Shown here piece by piece: positions 26,184-34,984 of a stretch of 51,966 nt of DNA. The notes below the pieces were generated by a model, which was not told the DNA's origin, made no database searches, and worked only from the letters and a program-made list of their open reading frames with translations. Source of the stretch: a virus (Duplodnaviria > Caudoviricetes); the IMG/VR virus record IMGVR_UViG_3300031746_000028, positions 1-51,966 of that record; one strand, written 5' to 3'. The position numbers were made by a program, and so were the translations under genes. Position 1 is the first letter of the stretch, and each line of letters begins with the position of its first letter.

Positions 26184-26789
26184 ATGCTGACCATCAGCGT
26201 TGACAGCCACGAGGTGCGGGCGGCGATCGGGCGGCTGGCGGATGTTAGCAGCCACGTGGCGCGTGACCTGAAGCCTGTGCTGGTCAAGCAGGTGCGGGCG
26301 ACGCTGGCGGCGGCGAAGGCCCAGACGCCCCGCGACGAGGGCACGCTGCTGCGGTCGGGGAGCTACGAGGTCGGCGCGCAGGGCCCCCGGGCGCTGTGGG
26401 CTCAGGTGAGCTTCGGCGGCCAGGCATCGCAGTATGCCCAGGCCCAGCATGAGACTGACAGCTACACGCACACCCGAGCGGAGTGGGCGGCGAAGTACGG
26501 CTACCGGGTGTCAAGCAGCCTCAAGACGAAGCGCGAACAGGTTCACGCGAAGCGCCGGATGCGGATACTCACGGCCAAGGTGACGACGGGTGGGGTCATC
26601 ACCATGCGCCGCAAGCTGACACGGAAGTTCCGGAACGTCAAGGGCCACAAGGGCGGGCGGGCTCACTTTCTCCACGGCAAGCCCTGGTCGGCCTGGAACC
26701 CCCAGCGGGAAGCGGCCCTGACGCAGGCGGTTGCCACAGAAGCCGTGCGCTTGTACGAAGCAGCCCTGAGCAAGGGCCTCGGAGACTGA
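26184..26789 (+). CDS. Neck protein (HK97 gp10-like) with a basic insertion
   Basis: AKAQTPRDEGTLLRSG, QYAQAQHE, GGRAHFL. Confidence 0.7.
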   Translation: MLTISVDSHEVRAAIGRLADVSSHVARDLKPVLVKQVRATLAAAKAQTPRDEGTLLRSGSYEVGAQGPRALWAQVSFGGQASQYAQAQHETDSYTHTRAEWAAKYGYRVSSSLKTKREQVHAKRRMRILTAKVTTGGVITMRRKLTRKFRNVKGHKGGRAHFLHGKPWSAWNPQREAALTQAVATEAVRLYEAALSKGLGD

Positions 26790-26790
26790 C

Positions 26791-27129
26791 ATGGACGGTC
26801 TCTACAACGCCACCGCCCGCATCATCAAGCCGATCTCGACCCCCACCGGCCCGGAAGACCTGGAGCGCCAGCACGACCGTGACGAGCTGCGGCCGACGCT
26901 GCGCTGCAGCCTGCGACAGATGACGCGCAAGCAAGAGGCAACGGTTCTGGGTGACCTCGCCACGGCGGCCTATGTGTGCCGCCTGCGAACGGCGGAGGTG
27001 ATCTCCGTCGGCTGGCAACTGAGCATCCTGCAGGACGGGGACCGGGAGTGGGTGACGTACTACGTGCGTGAGGCCCGGCGCGCGGGTCTCGGGGCGGCCT
27101 GGAACCTGCTGGTGGAGAAGGAGGCATAG
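26791..27129 (+). CDS. Head closure/stopper protein (putative)
   Basis: Size and position in the neck module. Confidence 0.5.
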   Translation: MDGLYNATARIIKPISTPTGPEDLERQHDRDELRPTLRCSLRQMTRKQEATVLGDLATAAYVCRLRTAEVISVGWQLSILQDGDREWVTYYVREARRAGLGAAWNLLVEKEA

Positions 27130-27132
27130 GGC

Positions 27133-27747
27133 ATGGCCATTGACTTCGTCCACACTGAGCAACTGGTGGATGCGGTGCTGGCGGTGCTGACCGCGCACCT
27201 GCCCGCCGGGTGGCTGCCCTCAACGGCAAGGGCGAGCGAGGTGGCCCTGAAGGTCCTCGATCATGGGGACTATGCGGACTACCCGGAGGCGGACAGCCTG
27301 CTCAAGGATTGCCCGGCCATCATCATTCGGGGGTTGGGGACGGAGCCGACGGACGCCGGCATTGGCGGGCTACTGGTCAGCTCGGAGCGCCTGCGGCTGG
27401 TGCACGTGCGGATGTTCGAGCAGTGCCGCGATGCCGAGGGGAAGATCGAGCTGAACATGACGCGGGCGCGGGAACGCTACGCCAAGATCATCGGCAAGGC
27501 GATGTTCACGGACCCCAAGCGGCGGCTGGCGGTGATCGGCGGCGGTGGGGTGCGCACGGAGGTCAGCCTCGCCAGCACGGACACCGCCGGGGCGCAGCTT
27601 GGGGAGCACCGCTTCCTCGGCTGGGACCTGGGCCAGGACGGGCCGACCCGGACCGAGGACGTGGCGACCATCCGGCAGATGAGCCAGCGAGTCTGGGCCA
27701 TCGCTTGCGACATGGTAGTGGACGTGAGTACGGGCGGGCAGGGGTAG
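27133..27747 (+). CDS. Tail terminator-like protein (putative)
   Basis: Position before the tail tube; PAIII motif. Confidence 0.5.
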   Translation: MAIDFVHTEQLVDAVLAVLTAHLPAGWLPSTARASEVALKVLDHGDYADYPEADSLLKDCPAIIIRGLGTEPTDAGIGGLLVSSERLRLVHVRMFEQCRDAEGKIELNMTRARERYAKIIGKAMFTDPKRRLAVIGGGGVRTEVSLASTDTAGAQLGEHRFLGWDLGQDGPTRTEDVATIRQMSQRVWAIACDMVVDVSTGGQG

Positions 27748-27777
27748 TCGGCAGATCCGCGAGAGAGGAGCACACAG

Positions 27778-27939
27778 ATGCGACACGAGAAGGAAGAACA
27801 GGTCTCCGCTCCGGCGGGGCCGTATGTGGCAGGGCCGACCCCCGACGAGGCTAGGGAGCGGCACCAGATCAAGGCGACGCCCAAGCCCCAGGGCAATGCC
27901 CCAGAACCCCAGCAGGAGGCGGTGAGCCCCGATGAGTAA
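27778..27939 (+). CDS. Small Pro/Glu-rich protein
   Basis: AGGAG RBS; 53 aa (MRHEKEEQ...). Confidence 0.45.
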   Translation: MRHEKEEQVSAPAGPYVAGPTPDEARERHQIKATPKPQGNAPEPQQEAVSPDE

Positions 27940-28795
27940 CGTCTTCACCGGACAGGTGCAGGGCATCAGCAAGATCGCCACCGGCACGCCGGCGGCGTTC
28001 TGCCGGGCCATTAGCGGCGGCGACTTTGCCATTGACCCCAACAACACGATTTTCAACGGCATCGGCGGTCAGGTGGTGGCCCGCAAGGGCGCCAATGCCA
28101 TCACCCTCTCTTTTACCTGCGGGGGGGTGGACAAGGCGGACCTGGCACTGTGGTTCCCCGTGACCGCTGTCGTGCAGGTGGCGAGCTTCCCCGACTTCCT
28201 GATCGAGGTGGACGACGGTACCAACGGCCAGGAGTGGGTACTGACCGGCGGGCAGCCGTCGTCGGCGAAGGTCTCGTGCGCCGGCGGCCTGGGCAGTGAG
28301 GTGCAGTATACCCTGGGCATGAGCTTCAAGCTGGCGACGGAGCAGGCGGTGGGCACGAAGGTGCCGGTGTACAACTCGTTGCTTGGCCACACGAACAACA
28401 ACATCGGTGTGACCTACGGCGGCGCCGCGGCCGGCACGCTGAGCTTCGACCTCAGCAACGACCTGGGCGCCGAGTTCCACAATCCCATGGACGCCAAGAC
28501 CGCCGGGGTGCAGCACGTCGTGGACGGGGTGTACATCACGAAGAATGACGTGAAGTTCTCGGCGGTTCTGAGCAACGTACTCAAGGGGACGGCGATGGAC
28601 GTGGACACGTGGACGCCGGAGGCCGTCGTGATCGCCATGCTGAACGGGACGGCTGGGCAGAACATCACCGCGACGCTGAGCAACATGGTGCCGGGCGCCT
28701 GGGGGATGCCGGTGGAGGCGCAGGGCCGGATCGGCTTCAAGCACGAGTGGATCCCGGGTCCGGGGACGGCGTTCAACCGCGTGGTGCTGACGTAG
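27932..28795 (+). CDS. Major tail tube protein
   Basis: Position, 287 aa, LSFDLSNDL motif; followed by chaperone and tape measure genes. Confidence 0.7.
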   Translation: MSNVFTGQVQGISKIATGTPAAFCRAISGGDFAIDPNNTIFNGIGGQVVARKGANAITLSFTCGGVDKADLALWFPVTAVVQVASFPDFLIEVDDGTNGQEWVLTGGQPSSAKVSCAGGLGSEVQYTLGMSFKLATEQAVGTKVPVYNSLLGHTNNNIGVTYGGAAAGTLSFDLSNDLGAEFHNPMDAKTAGVQHVVDGVYITKNDVKFSAVLSNVLKGTAMDVDTWTPEAVVIAMLNGTAGQNITATLSNMVPGAWGMPVEAQGRIGFKHEWIPGPGTAFNRVVLT

Positions 28796-28853
28796 ACTGG
28801 AGCTGCCTGAGGCAGCTCGGAGTTGCGGAGCAACTCAGGGAGGGTGACGAGAG

Positions 28854-29288
28854 ATGCCATTCTGTCCGGTGCAAGTGATCGTGGAATACGAGGGCGCGAC
28901 GTTCGCCTTCGTGAAGAACGACGAAGCGCAGGCCGGCCTCGACAAGGCCTTCGTGGAGCGCGACGGCGGGGCGATTGCCCTGGCGCTGCGTGACTACTTC
29001 GACAAGTCGGTTGTCTCTTGGGAGGGCGTTGTGGATGCTGACGGCAACGCCCTCCCCTGCAACCCCGAGACGAAGGCCGCGTGGATCGTGGCCTTCAAGT
29101 CGGCGGTCGTTGACGCCTACATGGACAAGCTCAAGGAGCTGGTGATGGGAAAAGTCGAGCCGCCCGAGCCGCCTTCGCCTGGTTCGTCACCAGAGACGAC
29201 GGCGGATGGGCGGAGCCTTACGACAGCGCCTGCGAGCGATACGCCCGCGCCAACCCCGGAGGCGGGCGAAGCCTCCCCGACTGCATAG
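28854..29288 (+). CDS. Tail assembly chaperone (G-like); -1 frameshift product extends to 29437
   Basis: VVSWEGVVDADGNALPC; slippery G GGA AAA at 29147-29153. Confidence 0.8.
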   Translation: MPFCPVQVIVEYEGATFAFVKNDEAQAGLDKAFVERDGGAIALALRDYFDKSVVSWEGVVDADGNALPCNPETKAAWIVAFKSAVVDAYMDKLKELVMGKVEPPEPPSPGSSPETTADGRSLTTAPASDTPAPTPEAGEASPTA

Positions 29289-29440
29289 CCCTGCCGGTGC
29301 TGGCGCAGATGCTGAGCATGAACGTCGTTGAGATCAAGACCCTGAGCGCCGAGGAACTCTTCGCTTGTGTGGGCTGTGCCGAGGGGAAGGGTCTCGCGGA
29401 GTGGGCCAACCTGCACCCGCGCGGGAAGACGGGATAGACC

Positions 29441-31537
29441 ATGCCGGAAGTCAAACTCGACATCCTGGTCGGTGCCATAGACAAGGCGCGGCCTGTGTTG
29501 ATGGTCATGGAGTCGAAGATCGACGCCATGGCGAAGCGGACCCAGGACTTTCAGGACCGCTGGGGCGGCGTCATGGGGGTGGCAGATGCTGTGGGCTCGA
29601 AGATGATGGTGGCAGGCGGCATCATCGTTGGCACGCTGACAGCAGCAGGACTCGCCGCTGGCCACACAGGAGCCGAGCTGGAGAACATGCACCTGCGGAC
29701 CGGGGTTTCGGTCGAGATGCTGTCTACATTGGGGTCTGTTGCGAAGCGGACTGGGGCAGAGCTGGGGGATGTCGAGTTGGGTCTGAGGTTCGTCTCTCGC
29801 AATGCCTACATGGCGGCCCAAGGCAATGATGAGGCGGTCAAGAAGTTCCAGTCATTAGGGATCGAGCTAAGGGACACGAAAGGTAATCTCAAGTCTACTG
29901 CCGACCTCTTTCTGGAGGTGTCGAATGTCATCCGCAACGCCGCGCCCGGCGAACGCCAAGGGATAGCCATGAGCATCCTGGGCAGGGGTGGCGCGGCGCT
30001 CATTCCGATGATGATCGAAGCCAAAGGCTCCCTTACTGACATCATCGCCGAGGCGGAACGTCTCGGGACCGCCTTCAGTGGCAAGGATGCTGACGCGGCC
30101 AAGGCGTTTGAGGATAGCCTGCTGAAGCTGCAGGGAGCGGCGAAGCGGGCATTTCTAGAGATGGGGATGAAAGCCGTTCCGACGTTGAGCAAACTGGTAG
30201 AACTCCTGATGGGTGCGACGCAGGCAGTCAGGAAGTTCGCCGTCGAACATCCGACCCTGGCAAAGTACACAGTGCTGGTCGGCGGCGGGCTGGGCCTGAT
30301 CGCCTTGGGTCTCGGGAAGACGATGACCTTTCTATCCGGGGCGATCCAGGGTTGGGAATCCCTCTCGGCAGCGATGGCCAAGAATGCCGTTGCTGCGCAG
30401 GCAACGGCGGCGGCCAATGCCGAGGCAGGGGCAGCGGCAGCGGCGGGAGGGGCGGGAGCTAACGCCGGGGCCCGGGTGGTGGGGGCGAGCGGCATCATTC
30501 CGATTGCTGGAGCGACAGCGGCGGTAATAGGCATTTTGGCGATGCTGGGCATCTCAGCGGGGGCCATAGCTGAGGTGAAACGCACGAAGAAGAGCGCCGA
30601 GGAGAATACAGCCGATCTTGACAAGCGCGGCCTCGCTCCTGGTAGTTCGGAGCGCCGTGGTGCTCGAATGCAGTGGGCTCGTGAGAACGCGGAGAGTACC
30701 GGGGGCATCAGTGGCATCGCGAAGCGCATGGCTTACGCGAAGCTATTGAGGGACCCTGCTAACGCTGCAGCGGTGGCGGCGGCAGACAAGGCCGATGAGC
30801 AAGCGAAGGCCTCGGATGAAAAGGCTCAGAAGGCTGCAACGGACTGGAATGCCTGGTCCGGCACACAGGACAAGGTCGCTCAGTCCTGGTCGAACTACTA
30901 CCGGGAACAGGCCGCCCTTGTCTCGGACGCGACGGCAGAGTCAGCCATCGGCGTCCAGGCCGCCGAGAAGGCTTACGAATTGGCGACGCAGCGGGCCGCC
31001 GCCTTGGCCGGGGTAGCCGACCAGGAGGACGCGGCGGCCAAGGCCGAGCAGGCGAAGGCGGAGGCTTGGATCGGCTTGCTGGAAGCCCAGAAGGCGGCGG
31101 CGGAGAAGCAGACGAGGGCCGCCGAGGAGCAGAAGAAGACACTCCTGGAGCAGGCGAAGCAGTTGGCCACGAACGTCGGTGACCAGTGGTCGGCGTGGTA
31201 TGACCGCCTGCGGGCCGGGGCGGGCAGCACCGAGGAGAAGGGGCGCATTGACATGGCCCAAAGGTGGACGGAGTACGACCTGGCCATGCAGGAGTCGTCA
31301 CAGCTACAGCAGAGCGGCGGGTCTCAGCAAGACATCTTCGCCGCGAACATGAAGGCGTACCGGGCGCAGACCGGCTGGCTGGAGGCGAAGCAGAGCCTGG
31401 AGATCAAGTTCTCCGCCTCCGGGGATGGGCTGCGCCTGCTCACCTCGTCGCCGGAGGTGCGGCAGGCCATCGTGATGGGAGTACGGGGCGCCCTCGGGCA
31501 GCAAGGCAACTATGTGGGGGCCTACGGGACGCAGTGA
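29441..31537 (+). CDS. Tape measure protein
   Basis: Ala-rich helical; FQSLGIELRDTKGNLKSTADLFLEV, ILGRGGAALIPM. Confidence 0.9.
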   Translation: MPEVKLDILVGAIDKARPVLMVMESKIDAMAKRTQDFQDRWGGVMGVADAVGSKMMVAGGIIVGTLTAAGLAAGHTGAELENMHLRTGVSVEMLSTLGSVAKRTGAELGDVELGLRFVSRNAYMAAQGNDEAVKKFQSLGIELRDTKGNLKSTADLFLEVSNVIRNAAPGERQGIAMSILGRGGAALIPMMIEAKGSLTDIIAEAERLGTAFSGKDADAAKAFEDSLLKLQGAAKRAFLEMGMKAVPTLSKLVELLMGATQAVRKFAVEHPTLAKYTVLVGGGLGLIALGLGKTMTFLSGAIQGWESLSAAMAKNAVAAQATAAANAEAGAAAAAGGAGANAGARVVGASGIIPIAGATAAVIGILAMLGISAGAIAEVKRTKKSAEENTADLDKRGLAPGSSERRGARMQWARENAESTGGISGIAKRMAYAKLLRDPANAAAVAAADKADEQAKASDEKAQKAATDWNAWSGTQDKVAQSWSNYYREQAALVSDATAESAIGVQAAEKAYELATQRAAALAGVADQEDAAAKAEQAKAEAWIGLLEAQKAAAEKQTRAAEEQKKTLLEQAKQLATNVGDQWSAWYDRLRAGAGSTEEKGRIDMAQRWTEYDLAMQESSQLQQSGGSQQDIFAANMKAYRAQTGWLEAKQSLEIKFSASGDGLRLLTSSPEVRQAIVMGVRGALGQQGNYVGAYGTQ

Positions 31538-31643
31538 GGCGGCCACAGGGAGGCGTGCTGCCCGTGCGGGGAGCCGAGGTGAGGGGGTAGGTCTACGGGG
31601 GCCGAACCAGGGGCTTAGAGAAGCCTACAGCCGGGAGGGTGCA

Positions 31644-32630
31644 GTGGCCGAGGAGTGGGGACCTTACGCGAAGATCCCGGGGCAGCCGGACCTCAGCACC
31701 ACCTGGGGCTTCGATCTAGCGCTGCTGGACCTCCCGGCACTGGTGAACACGGAGGTCGGCGTCCACTACTGCACCGCCGGCTGCACCATGATACTGTGGG
31801 CGATCAGCAACGAGGTCACCGGGGCCAGTGCCCGCGCCACCTGGCCCGCCGCCGCCCAGGCCGCCTACAACGCCTGGCTGGCGATCCTGGACCCGGGCCG
31901 GCACCCACTCTACACGACGGGGTATGTCTACCGGGCGGAGGCGAAGTTCTACACCGGGGCGGGGATGAACCGCGATTGGGAGTTCATGTGTTCGGGGCTG
32001 GAGGGACACCAGGGGGGAGGGTATCCACCTCCTCCGCCAACGCAGACCTGGGTGGGACCTACTGAGTGGATACTCGCCGGCGATTTTGGTCTCACGAACG
32101 TCATCGTCAAGGGCCGGGTGGGAGCCGACAGTCAGGAGACGCGCAGCAGCATCCGCAATTGGACGGACCGCTATGCCCAGTACATGCTCTTCGCAGATGG
32201 CGAGACAGGCATCACCGCAACCATCGGCACCGCCTCGGTCAGCGAAGCATATGTCTTCGGCGAAGGGACCGAGGAGGGTAGCGTCATCATCGGTGGTGAG
32301 GCCGGGTCACTGTCCACCAGCATCTACTATGGCAGCGCCCCGACGCTGAACCACAGCTACGGGGAGATTCAGGGCCTGCACGTCAGCGAAGTCGCAGGCG
32401 TCATGGTGCCGCTGGCGACGTGCAATGCTTGGTACCATAGCGGGGTCTGGACCTTCGCCAGCAGCGACCCGGGCAGTAGCACCTGGCGGTACTTCGGGGA
32501 TGGCGGCGCCATCAAGCTGCACCGGATCGGTGGGAGCAGCGGGGCGATGACCGGGCAGGCGGAATGCCAGATCGTCGGGCCGGTAGCATGGGCGCAGAAC
32601 CCGGCGCGGTTCGGGATCGGGGCGACATAG
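31644..32630 (+). CDS. Tail-associated protein
   Basis: GGGAGG RBS before GTG; follows tape measure. Confidence 0.6.
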   Translation: MAEEWGPYAKIPGQPDLSTTWGFDLALLDLPALVNTEVGVHYCTAGCTMILWAISNEVTGASARATWPAAAQAAYNAWLAILDPGRHPLYTTGYVYRAEAKFYTGAGMNRDWEFMCSGLEGHQGGGYPPPPPTQTWVGPTEWILAGDFGLTNVIVKGRVGADSQETRSSIRNWTDRYAQYMLFADGETGITATIGTASVSEAYVFGEGTEEGSVIIGGEAGSLSTSIYYGSAPTLNHSYGEIQGLHVSEVAGVMVPLATCNAWYHSGVWTFASSDPGSSTWRYFGDGGAIKLHRIGGSSGAMTGQAECQIVGPVAWAQNPARFGIGAT

Positions 32631-32633
32631 GAG

Positions 32634-34667
32634 ATGCCGGATGCTTTTCCGCTGGCCGATGACTGGGCCGCCGACGGAGGCCTGCGGCTCTACAGCACGG
32701 AGACCGTCAAGGCTCCGGTCTGGCTGGGGCCCGGAACGTCGCCGTGGTACGTCGCGGCGATGTGGTACTACCCCGGCGACGTGGCCAACCGCATCAAGAC
32801 CGGCGAGTACGAGTTTCTCGGCAACGAGGTGCTGGGCGGGACGGTTGACCCGGCCTGGCTGGCCGCGAACCACGAAGACCAGTCCAGCGGGGAGCAGAAC
32901 AACTCGCGGTGCCTCGCGGCGCTCAACAGCATTGCGGTGCCGCTGGACACGGGCGACCCGTACTGGGGCCCCGCAGTCACGCTGGCTTGGGCGGCTAAGA
33001 TCGTGGACAGCGACGCCACCCGGCAGAGCAGTTGGGCAGCAGTCGCGGGCGTCACGGTGGACGGCGGGCACAACGGCTGGTGGACGGCCGGCGCTGGCGG
33101 GGGCAGCATCACCAGGGCGCTGCAGACGCGGTACTTCGTGCGCTGCAACTACGTGCAGGGCCACGTCCCCGAGGGTGGCTGGTGGAACGGCGACTTCGTT
33201 CTCTGGCTGAAGGCCAACGCCATCCCGGACCTTGACGACCTCCCGGCGGCGGTGACGGCCTGCCCCACCGAGGACGTGACGAACTACGACAACAGCGGCT
33301 TCCTGGTGGCGGCCTTCAGCGAGTGGCCGGAAGCCGCCGAGGGGCTGGCGGTTGACCTCACCATCGGCTACTCGACGGTGGACGTGGACGATCCCTGCTA
33401 CACCTGCGCCACGCACCGCTACATGGCCCCGGACGGCGAGTGGACCTACACCCGGACGCAGCGCACCTTCAGCTTCCCCGGCGTCCTGGCGGCCGATGGC
33501 ACGGTGACCTGGGACCTCGGTTACCTGACCCGCAGCAACACGATCAGCCTGCAGCATGTGGACAGCCTGAGGGTGGCGCTGCCGGCGGCGGCCGGGCTCT
33601 ACAAGCTGACCAGCATCACGCTCGTTCGAGACCCTGAGGCTAGCAGCGGCGACGCCCTGAGCTCGCAGGCGGCCATCGCGCCGTGGAAGTTCCTGGCGGA
33701 CTTCTGCGGCTTCGGGTCCACCGTGGACGGCGTGACGCACCGAAACCTGCCCTACGGTTATGAGCAGTTTGATGTTGGCGAACGGGGCATGAAGCAGACA
33801 CAGTTCGTGCAGCATTGCCCGGAGAGTCCGCTGACGGATGACCCCACGGCGGCCAAGGCGCTGAGCCGTCTGGTCAACGAACTGAACTGGCAGGAGCAGC
33901 ATACCGCGACCTACGAGACAGCGGCGGTAGACGCCGCGACGCTGGACGCGGACAGCCACCGCCTCGGCGGCCTGTTCTGGTGGGATGCTGACCGGGGGAC
34001 CGGCGACAACCTGACGGGCGACGCGGCAATCTGTGTGCGGCGCATCCGGGGCATCTCTGGCATCCCGTTCGTGCCGCTCACGGTCAACGCCTACTGGACG
34101 GGATCGGGCCGGGCGCACGGGCTGGAACTCAGCGGGACGGACCGAGTGCGCGGAGATGGCACAAGCAGCGACGATCCCGACGCCGGCGCTCACCAGGTCG
34201 AGCGGCGGGAGGCAGGCACTACAGGCGCCTGGGAAGCCTGCGGGAGCTACACGGCGGATGAGCATGGGCGCTGGCGGACGCCGCCACTGCCGGAGGCCTT
34301 CTATGAGTACCGGGTGCGGTCGGCGGGGCTCGGGGCTATCACGACGCGGGAGTACACGCTCGGCGTGGTGTCCTGGGGGTACCGCCGCAACCCCCACATG
34401 CAGCGCGGCCTCGGCGGCCTGATCTTTCGGGTCTACCAGGACGGCTCTGGCGCTACCGGGGACATTCTCGGCGACTGGTGTGACGCGGGCCCGCCCGGGA
34501 CCTGGACGCCCTTCCCGACGGGGCCGCTGGCCGGGGCCTATCGCAACCCGTTCATCGGCGAGGAAGACTGCGGTTGGCTGCTGGTCTCGGCGTGGAACAC
34601 GGTGACCGGGGACACGGACTTCGCACGGAGTAAGGACCGGGGACACACCTGGGCGGCGGTGACCTGA
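32634..34667 (+). CDS. Tail-associated protein
   Basis: 677 aa; C-terminal Asp-box-like SKDRGHTW. Confidence 0.6.
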   Translation: MPDAFPLADDWAADGGLRLYSTETVKAPVWLGPGTSPWYVAAMWYYPGDVANRIKTGEYEFLGNEVLGGTVDPAWLAANHEDQSSGEQNNSRCLAALNSIAVPLDTGDPYWGPAVTLAWAAKIVDSDATRQSSWAAVAGVTVDGGHNGWWTAGAGGGSITRALQTRYFVRCNYVQGHVPEGGWWNGDFVLWLKANAIPDLDDLPAAVTACPTEDVTNYDNSGFLVAAFSEWPEAAEGLAVDLTIGYSTVDVDDPCYTCATHRYMAPDGEWTYTRTQRTFSFPGVLAADGTVTWDLGYLTRSNTISLQHVDSLRVALPAAAGLYKLTSITLVRDPEASSGDALSSQAAIAPWKFLADFCGFGSTVDGVTHRNLPYGYEQFDVGERGMKQTQFVQHCPESPLTDDPTAAKALSRLVNELNWQEQHTATYETAAVDAATLDADSHRLGGLFWWDADRGTGDNLTGDAAICVRRIRGISGIPFVPLTVNAYWTGSGRAHGLELSGTDRVRGDGTSSDDPDAGAHQVERREAGTTGAWEACGSYTADEHGRWRTPPLPEAFYEYRVRSAGLGAITTREYTLGVVSWGYRRNPHMQRGLGGLIFRVYQDGSGATGDILGDWCDAGPPGTWTPFPTGPLAGAYRNPFIGEEDCGWLLVSAWNTVTGDTDFARSKDRGHTWAAVT

Positions 34668-34981
34668 TGGCCCAACTCGGCGCCGGGCTGGAGAACGGCG
34701 GCACCTGTACGGCGCACGGGGTTGTCTACCAGACCGGATGGGATGCCAACAAGGTGTACTTCTGCGCCTCGTCACGCGCCGACCTCGAGCGTGAGCTGTT
34801 GGACGGTACGAACTACCTGCTGGAGGTCTGCAGCTACACGCCGGGGGAGGGGGATGGCCCGCCGCGGTCGTGGCCGGAGAAGCCTGATGACGGTAGAACG
34901 CTGGTGATCGTGGACGACGGCAGCGGGGACATCCTGGAGTACGTGTGCCGCAACTACCTGAGCAGTTTCGCGGCGGTATAG
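34667..34981 (+). CDS. Hypothetical tail-region protein
   Basis: Coupled ORF. Confidence 0.55.
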   Translation: MAQLGAGLENGGTCTAHGVVYQTGWDANKVYFCASSRADLERELLDGTNYLLEVCSYTPGEGDGPPRSWPEKPDDGRTLVIVDDGSGDILEYVCRNYLSSFAAV

Positions 34982-34984
34982 GAC

